64,000 nt of DNA, taken from an uncultured Spirochaetaceae bacterium (GTDB taxonomy: Bacteria; Spirochaetota; Spirochaetia; Sphaerochaetales; Sphaerochaetaceae). The translations under genes and the position numbers were made by a program. The stretch lies in the NCBI GenBank assembly GCA_964453215.1, contig CAYVRR010000003.1, positions 8,655 through 72,654 of the forward strand, given 5' to 3'. The notes beneath the pieces were generated by a model, which was not told the DNA's origin, ran no database searches, and worked only from the letters and a program-made list of their open reading frames with translations. Positions 47,892 to 55,954 of this stretch are shown here, one piece after another (position 1 is the first letter of the stretch; every line of letters starts with the position of its first letter).

Positions 47892-49273
47892 TGTTTTTCT
47901 AGTTCAACAAATTTAACAAGCTGTCGCTGAAATCCCATTTTAATTATTCCAGTCTCTCCGTTACGCTGTTTTGCTAAGATTACTTTTGTTTCTTGAACAG
48001 CAAATCCATTTAACATGATAACAGGTTCATTTTGCTTTTTATTGTTTTCTGTGCTTTCAGGATCTACTAAACGATCTCTATGGAGAAGGATTACAACGTC
48101 AGCATCTTGTTCTACAGATCCTGATTCTCGTAAGTTTGCTAGGTTTGGCTCTTTTCCTTCAGCATCTCTAGAGACCTGGGAGAGGGCAACGACTGGGATT
48201 TGTAGTTCTCGTGCTAAAGATTTTAGGCTCCTTGAAATCTCAGCGACTTGTTCATGCCGAGGAACGTTTGCATTTGATTCAGGGTTTATTAAACTTATGT
48301 AGTCAATAAATAAGATTTTTATATCTTTTTCCCTTTTCATTCTTCTTGCTTGGCTTCTTAGGTCAAATAATTTGATATGAGGAGTATCTTGGATATAGAG
48401 TTTTCCTTCATAAATTCTTCCTGCAGCGTCTACTATAGAGTTGGTATCTTGGGTTCTTAAAAGAGCTGATCGTATTCGTTTAGAATCTACTTTAGCTTCT
48501 GCTGCGAGTATTCTCTCCATGATTGCCATACTTGTCATTTCAGCTGAGAAAAAGCCAACTGGTATTTTCCGTCTGATTGCGATATCAGAGGCGATAGTGA
48601 TTGCAAAGGCTGTTTTACCAACAGATGGGCGAGCTCCAATGACGATAAACTCACTTGGTTGGAATCCTCCGGTCATATCATCTAGTTGGCTGAATCCCGA
48701 TTTTATCCCACTAGGGTTTCCATGTTTAATGCGCTCCATAACTAAATCAACTGTTGATTTAACTAATACAGAGGCATCTTCATAATTGTCAGCAAAACTT
48801 GAGGTTGAATTTTGTAAATCACTAAGAACTCTTTCCCCTTCGTCTAACAAGAGGGAAACATCTTTAGATTCATCAAAAATTGATTCATAGAGAGTGCCAC
48901 TAAATGCGATAAGAGCCCGTCTTAATGATAAAGAGCGGACTATATCTGCATAATAAATAGCGTTGGTTGTGGTTGGAACGTCACTTGTGAGTGATGCAAG
49001 GTAACCCATACCACCAATTAAATCGAGCATATCTGTTTTTTTCAGATATTCACTCATAGTAATCAAATCTATTATTTGACCACTATGGTCTTGATGAAAT
49101 GATATAATGGCATCATAGAGAGCGGCATGAGATGGGATATAGAAATCTTCTTTACGAAGAGTCATTATTATCTCATTAAAAGCGTCAGCACTTAAAAGTA
49201 TTGCACCAAGTACTGCCTTTTCGGCGATCTCATTATGTGGGGGGACTCTACCCCCACTGTAAGCTGATGCCAT
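47888..49273 (-). CDS. dnaB: Replicative DNA helicase DnaB
   Basis: PPHNEIAEKAVLGAIL N-terminus and Walker A GARPSVGKT. 461 aa. Confidence 0.92.
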   Translation of the reverse strand: MASAYSGGRVPPHNEIAEKAVLGAILLSADAFNEIIMTLRKEDFYIPSHAALYDAIISFHQDHSGQIIDLITMSEYLKKTDMLDLIGGMGYLASLTSDVPTTTNAIYYADIVRSLSLRRALIAFSGTLYESIFDESKDVSLLLDEGERVLSDLQNSTSSFADNYEDASVLVKSTVDLVMERIKHGNPSGIKSGFSQLDDMTGGFQPSEFIVIGARPSVGKTAFAITIASDIAIRRKIPVGFFSAEMTSMAIMERILAAEAKVDSKRIRSALLRTQDTNSIVDAAGRIYEGKLYIQDTPHIKLFDLRSQARRMKREKDIKILFIDYISLINPESNANVPRHEQVAEISRSLKSLARELQIPVVALSQVSRDAEGKEPNLANLRESGSVEQDADVVILLHRDRLVDPESTENNKKQNEPVIMLNGFAVQETKVILAKQRNGETGIIKMGFQRQLVKFVELEKH

Positions 49274-49280
49274 TGATCTA

Positions 49281-49871
49281 TTATTCCTCTGTTTGTGGTT
49301 CTGAAACTTCTACACTTTCTTCTTTAGCTTCTTCTTTAGCTTTTTCTTCAGCTGCTGCTTTCATAGCTTCTTTCTTAGCTTTATCTTCAGCTACTTTAGC
49401 GTCTAATGCTTCTTGCTTAACTTCTTCTTCGCTCTTTACGATAAGTTTAACTTGTGCAGATTCTCCTTCATACAATCTAATTCTTACAGAATAATTTCCT
49501 GTATTCTTGATTTCATGAGAAGCTACTTCAACTCGTTTTCGCTCAATTTCGATACCTTCTTTAGCAAGTGCATCTTGTACCATAGTATTGGTAACTGAAC
49601 CAAACAATTTACCACTAGCTCCTGCTGAAACGACGATAGTTAGAGTAAGTTCATTTAATCTATCTCGTGTTGAGGAGGCAGCCTTTCTTTTTTCTTCTTT
49701 TCTTTTTTCAATTGCTGCTGCTCTTCCAGCAAATAATGCTTGATTTGATTTATTAAATATTACAGCAATGTTTTTAGGGAGTAGATAGTTTCGTGCATAG
49801 CCGTTTTTAACTACTAAAACATCCCCTTCTTCACCTAGATTTTGTACATCTTGGTTTAATATAATTTTCAT
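49281..49871 (-). CDS. rplI: 50S ribosomal protein L9 with a Lys/Glu/Ala-rich C-terminal extension
   Basis: MKIILNQDVQNLGEEGDVLVVKNGYARNYLLP is the canonical L9 N-terminus. Confidence 0.9.
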   Translation of the reverse strand: MKIILNQDVQNLGEEGDVLVVKNGYARNYLLPKNIAVIFNKSNQALFAGRAAAIEKRKEEKRKAASSTRDRLNELTLTIVVSAGASGKLFGSVTNTMVQDALAKEGIEIERKRVEVASHEIKNTGNYSVRIRLYEGESAQVKLIVKSEEEVKQEALDAKVAEDKAKKEAMKAAAEEKAKEEAKEESVEVSEPQTEE

Positions 49872-49883
49872 AAGTTTTTCTCC

Positions 49884-50834
49884 TTACCTGTTCTGTCTAT
49901 ACGCAATCCATGTCTCACTTATTCCCAACAAAGGGAAGCCTAACACAAACACTACATTTGCTCCTGGTAGCATCATCAATGCTCCACTTAAAAAGAAGAT
50001 TCTACTTGGTCTGATGTGGGGGAATTTCTTTACCAAAAAGTTGGCTCCAATCGAAATACCCTGCACTGCATATAGCAATGCTACCACAGCTGAAACGTTG
50101 TAGGCTATACTCTTAATAAGTATAGAATCTGCCAAAAACGATAATAATATGAGACTCATTCCTCCTAAAAGGAACCAGATAGCTTCATGGGGAATACTCC
50201 ATTTTAGCATCCTTTCTTGATACTCGCTATTAAATCGGTTCACAATCATCTCACTTATAAAGACTGCTGTCCCAAATTGAGCAACAAAGAACATGAGTCC
50301 AATGTTGGTTATGACTGATGTAACGATCTTAGCTAATCCATGTAGATCAGTATTTGGTACTTGATTCATCACCACATTTGATGCAAGGGATGATATCAAA
50401 TTTTGATATACTAATCGGGTATTCACAGCAGATTCGCTGTTACCACTAAGCCATATTATTATCAAAAATCCTGAAACAAATGCAAAAAGAGAAGCATATA
50501 GTAATTTATAAAACATTCTCTTCTTTTCTGTTGCAATCCACACACCACCAGCAATTAGGGTCGAAATTGGTAGATATAATCCTATTATAAGTAATCCAAA
50601 TCCATCCCCTTTATTAAGTAGGGCTCTTAACTGTATAAAGTGAAAAGCTATTACAAATAGCATCACTGCAAGGACTAGCATAAGTCCTTTTTGTACAGTT
50701 TCCACTTTAGATGAAGCTAATAATAAGACTATTGTTGATAAAAACGTTGAAGATGTAATCCAATAAAGTGCAATAGCTATTGCTATTGGTATTGCTATTG
50801 TTTGTAGTCTCTTATTACTTCTAAGTGGTTCCAT
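49884..50834 (-). CDS. DUF2232/YybS-like polytopic membrane protein
   Basis: About eight hydrophobic segments. Its position between rpsR and rplI mirrors yybS of Firmicutes. Confidence 0.55.
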   Translation of the reverse strand: MEPLRSNKRLQTIAIPIAIAIALYWITSSTFLSTIVLLLASSKVETVQKGLMLVLAVMLFVIAFHFIQLRALLNKGDGFGLLIIGLYLPISTLIAGGVWIATEKKRMFYKLLYASLFAFVSGFLIIIWLSGNSESAVNTRLVYQNLISSLASNVVMNQVPNTDLHGLAKIVTSVITNIGLMFFVAQFGTAVFISEMIVNRFNSEYQERMLKWSIPHEAIWFLLGGMSLILLSFLADSILIKSIAYNVSAVVALLYAVQGISIGANFLVKKFPHIRPSRIFFLSGALMMLPGANVVFVLGFPLLGISETWIAYRQNR

Positions 50835-50842
50835 ATCAATAT

Positions 50843-51148
50843 CTACTTTCTGTCGAAAGGAAGATATGCGAGCACTCTTGCTCTCTTAATTTCTGTTGTG
50901 AGGGCTCTTTGGTGTTTTGCACAGTTTCCAGTAATTCTGCTAGGAAGGATTTTACCTCTTTCAGTAACATATCTTCTTAACATATCTGGGTTTTTATAAT
51001 CGGCAGTGAGATTCTGTGTACAGAACTTACACACCTTTTTCTTGAAAGATCCTCTTTTTGAAGAAAAACGACGGTCTCGAGTATTCGAACCGCTTCGATC
51101 TCTGTCGTCTTTGTCATAATTTCTTGAATTATCTTGGTCATCTCGCAT
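50843..51148 (-). CDS. rpsR: 30S ribosomal protein S18 with an Asp/Arg-rich N-terminal extension
   Basis: The [24 protein letters not shown]...KHQR core is S18. Confidence 0.9.
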   Translation of the reverse strand: MRDDQDNSRNYDKDDRDRSGSNTRDRRFSSKRGSFKKKVCKFCTQNLTADYKNPDMLRRYVTERGKILPSRITGNCAKHQRALTTEIKRARVLAYLPFDRK

Positions 51149-51174
51149 GATAGTTATTACTCCTCATCAATTGT

Positions 51175-51663
51175 TTAAAATGGAATATCATCATCAAATT
51201 GTTCAGGTCCAGGAAATGAGGGAGCATTATTATAGGAATTATCTCCAGGTGCTCGATCATTTGTGACTGGTTTAGTACTTCTGTTTTGACTGTATGAACG
51301 CTTTTCTGATTGATTCGATTGTGCACTAGGTGCACTTGGGCTAGATAATAATTGTATTGAAGAAGCAACAATTTCAACTCGTTGTCTAGGTTGTCCATCT
51401 TGTTCCCAACGGTTTTGTCTAAGTTCACCACTTATACACACCTGGGTACCTTTTGTAAGGGATCTCTCTATATAATGTAGATATTTACCCCATGCTATAA
51501 CGTTGAAGAAACTTACTTCATCTTCTCTCTGATCGCCTGACCCCTTAACGCGATTTACAGCGAGTGAAAATTTCCCTAAAGTTCTATCATTGCCAAAGTC
51601 TGTGAGCTCTATATCTCGAGTGAGACGCCCTACTAGTACTACGTTGTTGATGTCGGTTGCCAT
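51175..51663 (-). CDS. ssb: Single-stranded DNA-binding protein
   Basis: OB-fold N-terminus (NNVVLVGRLTRD) and acidic tip DDDIPF. Confidence 0.92.
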   Translation of the reverse strand: MATDINNVVLVGRLTRDIELTDFGNDRTLGKFSLAVNRVKGSGDQREDEVSFFNVIAWGKYLHYIERSLTKGTQVCISGELRQNRWEQDGQPRQRVEIVASSIQLLSSPSAPSAQSNQSEKRSYSQNRSTKPVTNDRAPGDNSYNNAPSFPGPEQFDDDIPF

Positions 51664-51689
51664 ACAATTTTTCTCCAGTTGTTCTTTTA

Positions 51690-51968
51690 TTAGTCTTTTA
51701 CAACAAATAAAAACTTCATGATTGGCTGCATTAATCTAAATGTTGAACTCATTGTATTGACCACTAGTGGGTCGCAGTTGAGTTCATAATAGTGATAATG
51801 TGCCTTATCTTGTTTTCTGATGGGATAAGCGAGAGTTCTAACACCCATATCATCATGTTTGATGATTTCTACTTGGTTTGTTGAAAATTCTTTTTCAACA
51901 AGCTCAAGACCTTTGCTATTCATTTCCTCATTCGAGTCAAAAATGAAAGTTAGCTCGTACTGTTTCAT
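51690..51968 (-). CDS. rpsF: 30S ribosomal protein S6
   Basis: MKQYELTFIF start, 92 aa, AGGAGG Shine-Dalgarno sequence, position upstream of ssb-rpsR. Confidence 0.85.
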   Translation of the reverse strand: MKQYELTFIFDSNEEMNSKGLELVEKEFSTNQVEIIKHDDMGVRTLAYPIRKQDKAHYHYYELNCDPLVVNTMSSTFRLMQPIMKFLFVVKD

Positions 51969-51991
51969 AGTTCCTCCTTGTGGACTATTTG

Positions 51992-52013
51992 ATCCACTAA
52001 ACTAAAAGTGGAT
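51992..52013 (-). promoter_or_regulatory. Hairpin in the rpsF 5' UTR (candidate S6:S18 autoregulatory leader)
   Basis: 7-bp stem ATCCACT / AGTGGAT with an 8-nt loop, between the candidate promoter and the rpsF Shine-Dalgarno sequence. Confidence 0.25.
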
Positions 52014-52027
52014 AAAGAGGTCAAGAA

Positions 52028-52056
52028 AACCTAACATGATGACAACAAAGTGTCAA
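52028..52056 (-). promoter_or_regulatory. Candidate sigma70-type promoter of rpsF-ssb-rpsR
   Basis: On the minus strand: TTGACA (52056-52051), 17 nt, TAGGTT (52033-52028). Confidence 0.35.
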
Positions 52057-53345
52057 GATGAGTCTATCTCTCTTCTTCATCTATATAGTCCTCAATTTCC
52101 TGCTTCATCGAAGAATGCGTCTACATGTTACTGTATATGTCTTACTTCTTCTCCACAAGCTTACAGGATTACAACAACCCCAAATATTTCAATCCCTCTT
52201 TTCTTAAATTTTTTCCAGCATTTACATCTCTATGATGTCTTTCATTACATTGTGGACAAATCCATTCTCTTTGATATATATCTAAAAATTCATATGTATA
52301 TCCACATGTACTACAAAGTTTGGATGATGGAAAGAATGTGCTTACTTGTATGATATGTGTTCCATACTCTTGCCCTTTTTGTTTTAACTTTTCTACAAAC
52401 TCTCCATATTTAACATCACTAATTGATCTACCCATTCTCCTATCTTTCATCATGCTTCTTAAATCGAGTCTCTCTATGCACACTGCGTCGTAATTGGTTA
52501 CAAGGTGGTGAATGATGTTTTGTGTAAAATATATACGAGAATCTGCAGCTTTCTCATAAATAATTGCTACACGTTTTCTGTTTTTTTCATAATTTTTTGA
52601 CTGATACTCTTTTCTTCGGAGTTTTTTTTGCTCTAAAGCTAATCTTTTTTCATATCTTTTTGTATTTCTCGTAAAATGTGGTGACTTTCCTTCATGATCA
52701 ACATAAAAATGAAAGAGGGACATGTCTATTCCAATAACTCTTTGGGGATCGACTACCTTTTTTTTTGGAATAATGATTTTAGTAGATGAGAAAAGGAGTG
52801 AAACAAAGTACTTCTCACTAGAGGTTCTTGAGACTGTAGCTGATATAATTTCACCAAAACCTTCTAGTCTTTTATCTCTAAAAGCAACAAAACCAAGTCT
52901 TGGAAGTTTTACGAGTCGTGTAGCATAATCTATTGTGATGTTGTTGTTTGAATATGTTGTTTTGTAGCTACTGTGCATCATCTTTTTCTTGTAACGAGGA
53001 AATGAGAGTTCTTTGCTGTTTTTTGTGGTTTTTACTTTTTTTAAAAATAAAGAAAATGCTATTTCTAGATTCTTTTTGCTTTGAATGAGTGCAATAGTAT
53101 CTATCTCTTTGAGCCACTCATACTCTCTCATATAATCTAATTCTGTCTTATATGTGAGATGTGGTTGAAGGAGCTCATGGATGTTCTCATGGGTTATATG
53201 GGAAATTCTTTCATGCAACATCATGTTATAAAGGGCTCTGGTTGCTCCTAGTGTTTTATCTATGAAATTCTTTTGTTCTTTGTTTGGGTAGATTCTTATC
53301 TTCTGTGCTTTAAATTGTTTCATACTACAATCTACGTAGTATGGA
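52057..53345 (-). mobile_element. IS200/IS605-family tnpB-only (IS1341-like) element; ends approximate
   Basis: Contains a full-length tnpB and no tnpA. The boundaries are guessed from flanking host signals (rpsF promoter at one side, terminator of the small basic ORF at the other), not from identified LE/RE sequences. Confidence 0.4.
52169..53323 (-). CDS. tnpB: TnpB (IS605 OrfB) RNA-guided endonuclease family protein
   Basis: RuvC-like residues in VIGIDMS (D), VCIERLDL (E) and HRDVNAGKNL (D). Zinc finger CSTCG...CPQCNE. 384 aa. Confidence 0.85.
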   Translation of the reverse strand: MKQFKAQKIRIYPNKEQKNFIDKTLGATRALYNMMLHERISHITHENIHELLQPHLTYKTELDYMREYEWLKEIDTIALIQSKKNLEIAFSLFLKKVKTTKNSKELSFPRYKKKMMHSSYKTTYSNNNITIDYATRLVKLPRLGFVAFRDKRLEGFGEIISATVSRTSSEKYFVSLLFSSTKIIIPKKKVVDPQRVIGIDMSLFHFYVDHEGKSPHFTRNTKRYEKRLALEQKKLRRKEYQSKNYEKNRKRVAIIYEKAADSRIYFTQNIIHHLVTNYDAVCIERLDLRSMMKDRRMGRSISDVKYGEFVEKLKQKGQEYGTHIIQVSTFFPSSKLCSTCGYTYEFLDIYQREWICPQCNERHHRDVNAGKNLRKEGLKYLGLL

Positions 53346-53366
53346 AAGATATTGCTTCGTATACAA

Positions 53367-53395
53367 TGAAAAACCGCCGGAGCGACCGACGGTTT
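53367..53395 (-). terminator. Rho-independent terminator of the 30-aa basic ORF
   Basis: GC-rich stem CCGTCGG / CCGGCGG (one mismatch in the extended 10-bp stem) followed by TTTTT on the minus strand. It is among the most GC-rich hairpins I noticed in the intergenic sequence I examined. Confidence 0.5.
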
Positions 53396-53418
53396 ATAAA
53401 GATTGCATCTAAGAACGA

Positions 53419-53511
53419 TTATTTTTTGTTCTTGTGTCTGTTTTTTCTAAGCTTTTTCTTTCGCTTGTGAGTGGCAATCTTATGTCTTTTTCTTTTTCTT
53501 CCACAGGGCAC
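53419..53511 (-). CDS. 30-aa Arg/Lys-rich peptide MPCGRKRKRHKIATHKRKKKLRKNRHKNKK (bS22 / AURKAIP1-COX24-like)
   Basis: Not in the ORF track (under 60 aa). GTG start 7 nt after AAGGAG, TAA stop, own terminator. The sequence closely resembles the short basic peptides annotated in Bacteroidetes and spirochaetes as AURKAIP1/COX24-domain proteins. Confidence 0.65.
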   Translation of the reverse strand: MPCGRKRKRHKIATHKRKKKLRKNRHKNKK

Positions 53512-53627
53512 TATAAAACTCCTTATCGATAAGATACTACGTGTAATTACAGATTTTATTATGTATGGTTAGGCTATAATGGTCAAGTGCTAGAATAAAC
53601 TATTTTTATGAAGTAGATTATCTAATT

Positions 53628-54878
53628 ATGAATGTTCTCATATTTGGTCTTGGTCTTCACAATGGGGGCCTTAGTGCTGCAATGTACTATCTTCGTCGTA
53701 ACCATAAGGTTATTGTTACTGATATACAAGGAGCAAATTCGTTTGGCTCAGTGATTAACTCTTTACAAAAAGCAGGTGCTGTTTTACATGTAGGGGGGCA
53801 CAGAGAAGATGATTTTTTATGGGCAGATATTATTATAAAAAATCCTGCTATTCCACCACATAATCCTTTTTTTACCAGCAAAGATTATATCACGACAGAT
53901 ATTATTGAACTTTTAAAATTTCTAACTACATACCCCCACTCTCATATTATTGTTGTTACTGGAACTAAAGGAAAAAGTTCAACGACTTATGCTATAGCTC
54001 AAATATTGGAAAAATTTGAATGTATGGTCTTTATGGGTGGCAATATTGGTGTTAGTGGATTTTCTCTTATCGAAGAGATTGAGAAGGTGGACATGAATTC
54101 TCCCCTTTATGTTGTTCTAGAGCTTTCTAGTTGGCAAATTAGGGATTTATGTATATATGGAGATGATATTGATCTGACATTTGATTCAATTATTGTTACT
54201 TCTTTGTACCCTGATCATGGAGATTATTATAGTGATGTAGAGGCATACTATAAAGAAAAATTACAAATTTTATCGATGAGGGCAACATCTAAGTATATGA
54301 GTATACAAGCAAAACAATCTACAGATGATGGCTCGTTTGATGGTACCTGGTTAGCAGATGATCAAATTATCATAAGGCCTCTTGTTGATATGGGTTTTGA
54401 TATAAGTCGTGTCCAAAAAGCTCTACAAGCATCTAAAAAATTAGCTCATAGGGGTGAGGTTGTGCGCTCTATAGCTCATATTGTGTGGATTAATGATAGC
54501 AGTGCAACTATTCCTGAAGCGATGAATTATACTCTAAGTAAAATTGTGACTCCTTATATCCTCATATTTGGAGGTTCTGATAAAAATTGTAATATTGAAG
54601 CTTCTTTACATTATATTAAAAAAGCAACTTCTCTTGTTCTTCTTGATGGCTCATTTACTCACTCTTCTATTATTCCACTTTTATCTTTTCATGCTATTTC
54701 TTTTAGTGGACCTTTTACTACAATGAACGAAGCTGTATTAGAGGGATATAATAAAGCAAAGGAGTTTGGTAAACCTATTTCAGTTGTTCTATCACCTGGT
54801 GCTGCTTCTTTTGGTTTATTCAGACATTCTGATGAGAGGGGAAATAAGTTTAAAGAGTGTGTTCTTCAATTATCTTGA
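53628..54878 (+). CDS. murD: Mur ligase, most likely UDP-N-acetylmuramoylalanine--D-glutamate ligase
   Basis: N-terminal Rossmann-like FGLGLHNGG, ATP site VTGTKGKSSTT, MurD-like length. Confidence 0.65.
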   Translation: MNVLIFGLGLHNGGLSAAMYYLRRNHKVIVTDIQGANSFGSVINSLQKAGAVLHVGGHREDDFLWADIIIKNPAIPPHNPFFTSKDYITTDIIELLKFLTTYPHSHIIVVTGTKGKSSTTYAIAQILEKFECMVFMGGNIGVSGFSLIEEIEKVDMNSPLYVVLELSSWQIRDLCIYGDDIDLTFDSIIVTSLYPDHGDYYSDVEAYYKEKLQILSMRATSKYMSIQAKQSTDDGSFDGTWLADDQIIIRPLVDMGFDISRVQKALQASKKLAHRGEVVRSIAHIVWINDSSATIPEAMNYTLSKIVTPYILIFGGSDKNCNIEASLHYIKKATSLVLLDGSFTHSSIIPLLSFHAISFSGPFTTMNEAVLEGYNKAKEFGKPISVVLSPGAASFGLFRHSDERGNKFKECVLQLS

Positions 54879-55954
54879 GAGATACCATATTGCTGTTTAT
54901 TGACTGTTGGCTTACTTTTTCTGATGAGGGCGTAGCGTACGTTCTCTAAAAAAGTATATATTGCATGTATAATTGGGATATAGACATAATCAGTGCTTGG
55001 TGGTCTATAGTAGCGCTTTCCACCAAAGGATTGTTTAAAGAGTGTGAGGCTCTCTAAATTACCCCCTTTCTTACCAGGTCCAGATATTCCATGCAAGTCA
55101 TAATATTGTTTTTTATCACGGCAGGCTTTTTGGATTGAATAATCTTGTAATAGGTATGATGGGGTGATGCCTTGGATTCTTATCGAAGCTCCAAATAAAT
55201 ATACAACATAGTTGTCGCTTGATATGGTAATAGCACCGCCCACTACTTTTTTGTTGTACATGGCAAGGATGAGGTCTGTGTGTTGTTTTGTTTTTTTATC
55301 ATGTAACAATGATGAGATATATTCTTTACTTCTTGTTGAAAACCCATCTCTTTTTGCAGTAATTGAATACATAGTGTACCATTGATCAAAGAGTTCTCTT
55401 TTTTGGTTATATTCAACTATTGTTACTTCATCATTTTCAGAGCGTCTCATTGCCCGTTTTGCTCTTTGTCTATATTGCTCTTTGACGTTTTCATACCCAC
55501 CTGTTAAATCTATAATATTAGTAGCTTCAGGTTGGACTGAGTCTTTACACTCTCTAAGTCTTCTCCCTTTTATATGAACAATCTCTTTCTCATCTGTAAA
55601 GGTGAAAGGAAAATCATAGCGTAAAAAAAGGAGATTAAGGTGCAATTTTTCTTTTATCTTTTTGGCTAATAATTGGACAAGTTTTGTGTGAGGTATACTA
55701 GAGATATCTAACAGGTCTGCAAATGGTATATAGGCAAAGGAGAATATAGGGGGAAGTATTTTAGTAAGAATGAGTAAATCTTTGGGTTTTTCATTTGAGT
55801 TAATTATGAGTCTATAGGCGTGATACTTCCACCCATTTTTCTCTTTTATATATGCCCATGTGGCAGTTTGAAATGGGTGTGCTGATTGAGATAATTCATC
55901 TATTGCTATTGGTTCAAGATGAAACTCTTCCATAATTTTATCCAATTTCTCCAT
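54866..55954 (-). CDS. FemAB/FemX-family aminoacyl-tRNA-dependent peptidoglycan peptidyltransferase
   Basis: PFQTATWAYIK... N-terminus and the tandem GNAT-like architecture of the Fem family. The start overlaps the metG stop by 17 nt. Confidence 0.65.
   Translation of the reverse strand: MEKLDKIMEEFHLEPIAIDELSQSAHPFQTATWAYIKEKNGWKYHAYRLIINSNEKPKDLLILTKILPPIFSFAYIPFADLLDISSIPHTKLVQLLAKKIKEKLHLNLLFLRYDFPFTFTDEKEIVHIKGRRLRECKDSVQPEATNIIDLTGGYENVKEQYRQRAKRAMRRSENDEVTIVEYNQKRELFDQWYTMYSITAKRDGFSTRSKEYISSLLHDKKTKQHTDLILAMYNKKVVGGAITISSDNYVVYLFGASIRIQGITPSYLLQDYSIQKACRDKKQYYDLHGISGPGKKGGNLESLTLFKQSFGGKRYYRPPSTDYVYIPIIHAIYTFLENVRYALIRKSKPTVNKQQYGISQDN

Noticed and set aside
51138-51431. 97-aa ORF in another frame overlapping ssb and the rpsR start.
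   Set aside because: The ssb frame carries the OB-fold and DDDIPF hallmarks. The alternative frame has no support.
52036-52353. 105-aa + strand ORF across the tnpB 3' end and the downstream spacer.
   Set aside because: It is antisense to tnpB and to the expected omega RNA region. Its translation is low-complexity and it has no Shine-Dalgarno sequence.
52169-53323. The idea that this TnpB is a nuclease-dead TldR-type RNA-guided repressor domesticated to control the rpsF operon.
   Set aside because: By eye, the D, E and D RuvC positions and the zinc finger are all present, so there is no evidence of inactivation. The question remains worth an alignment check.
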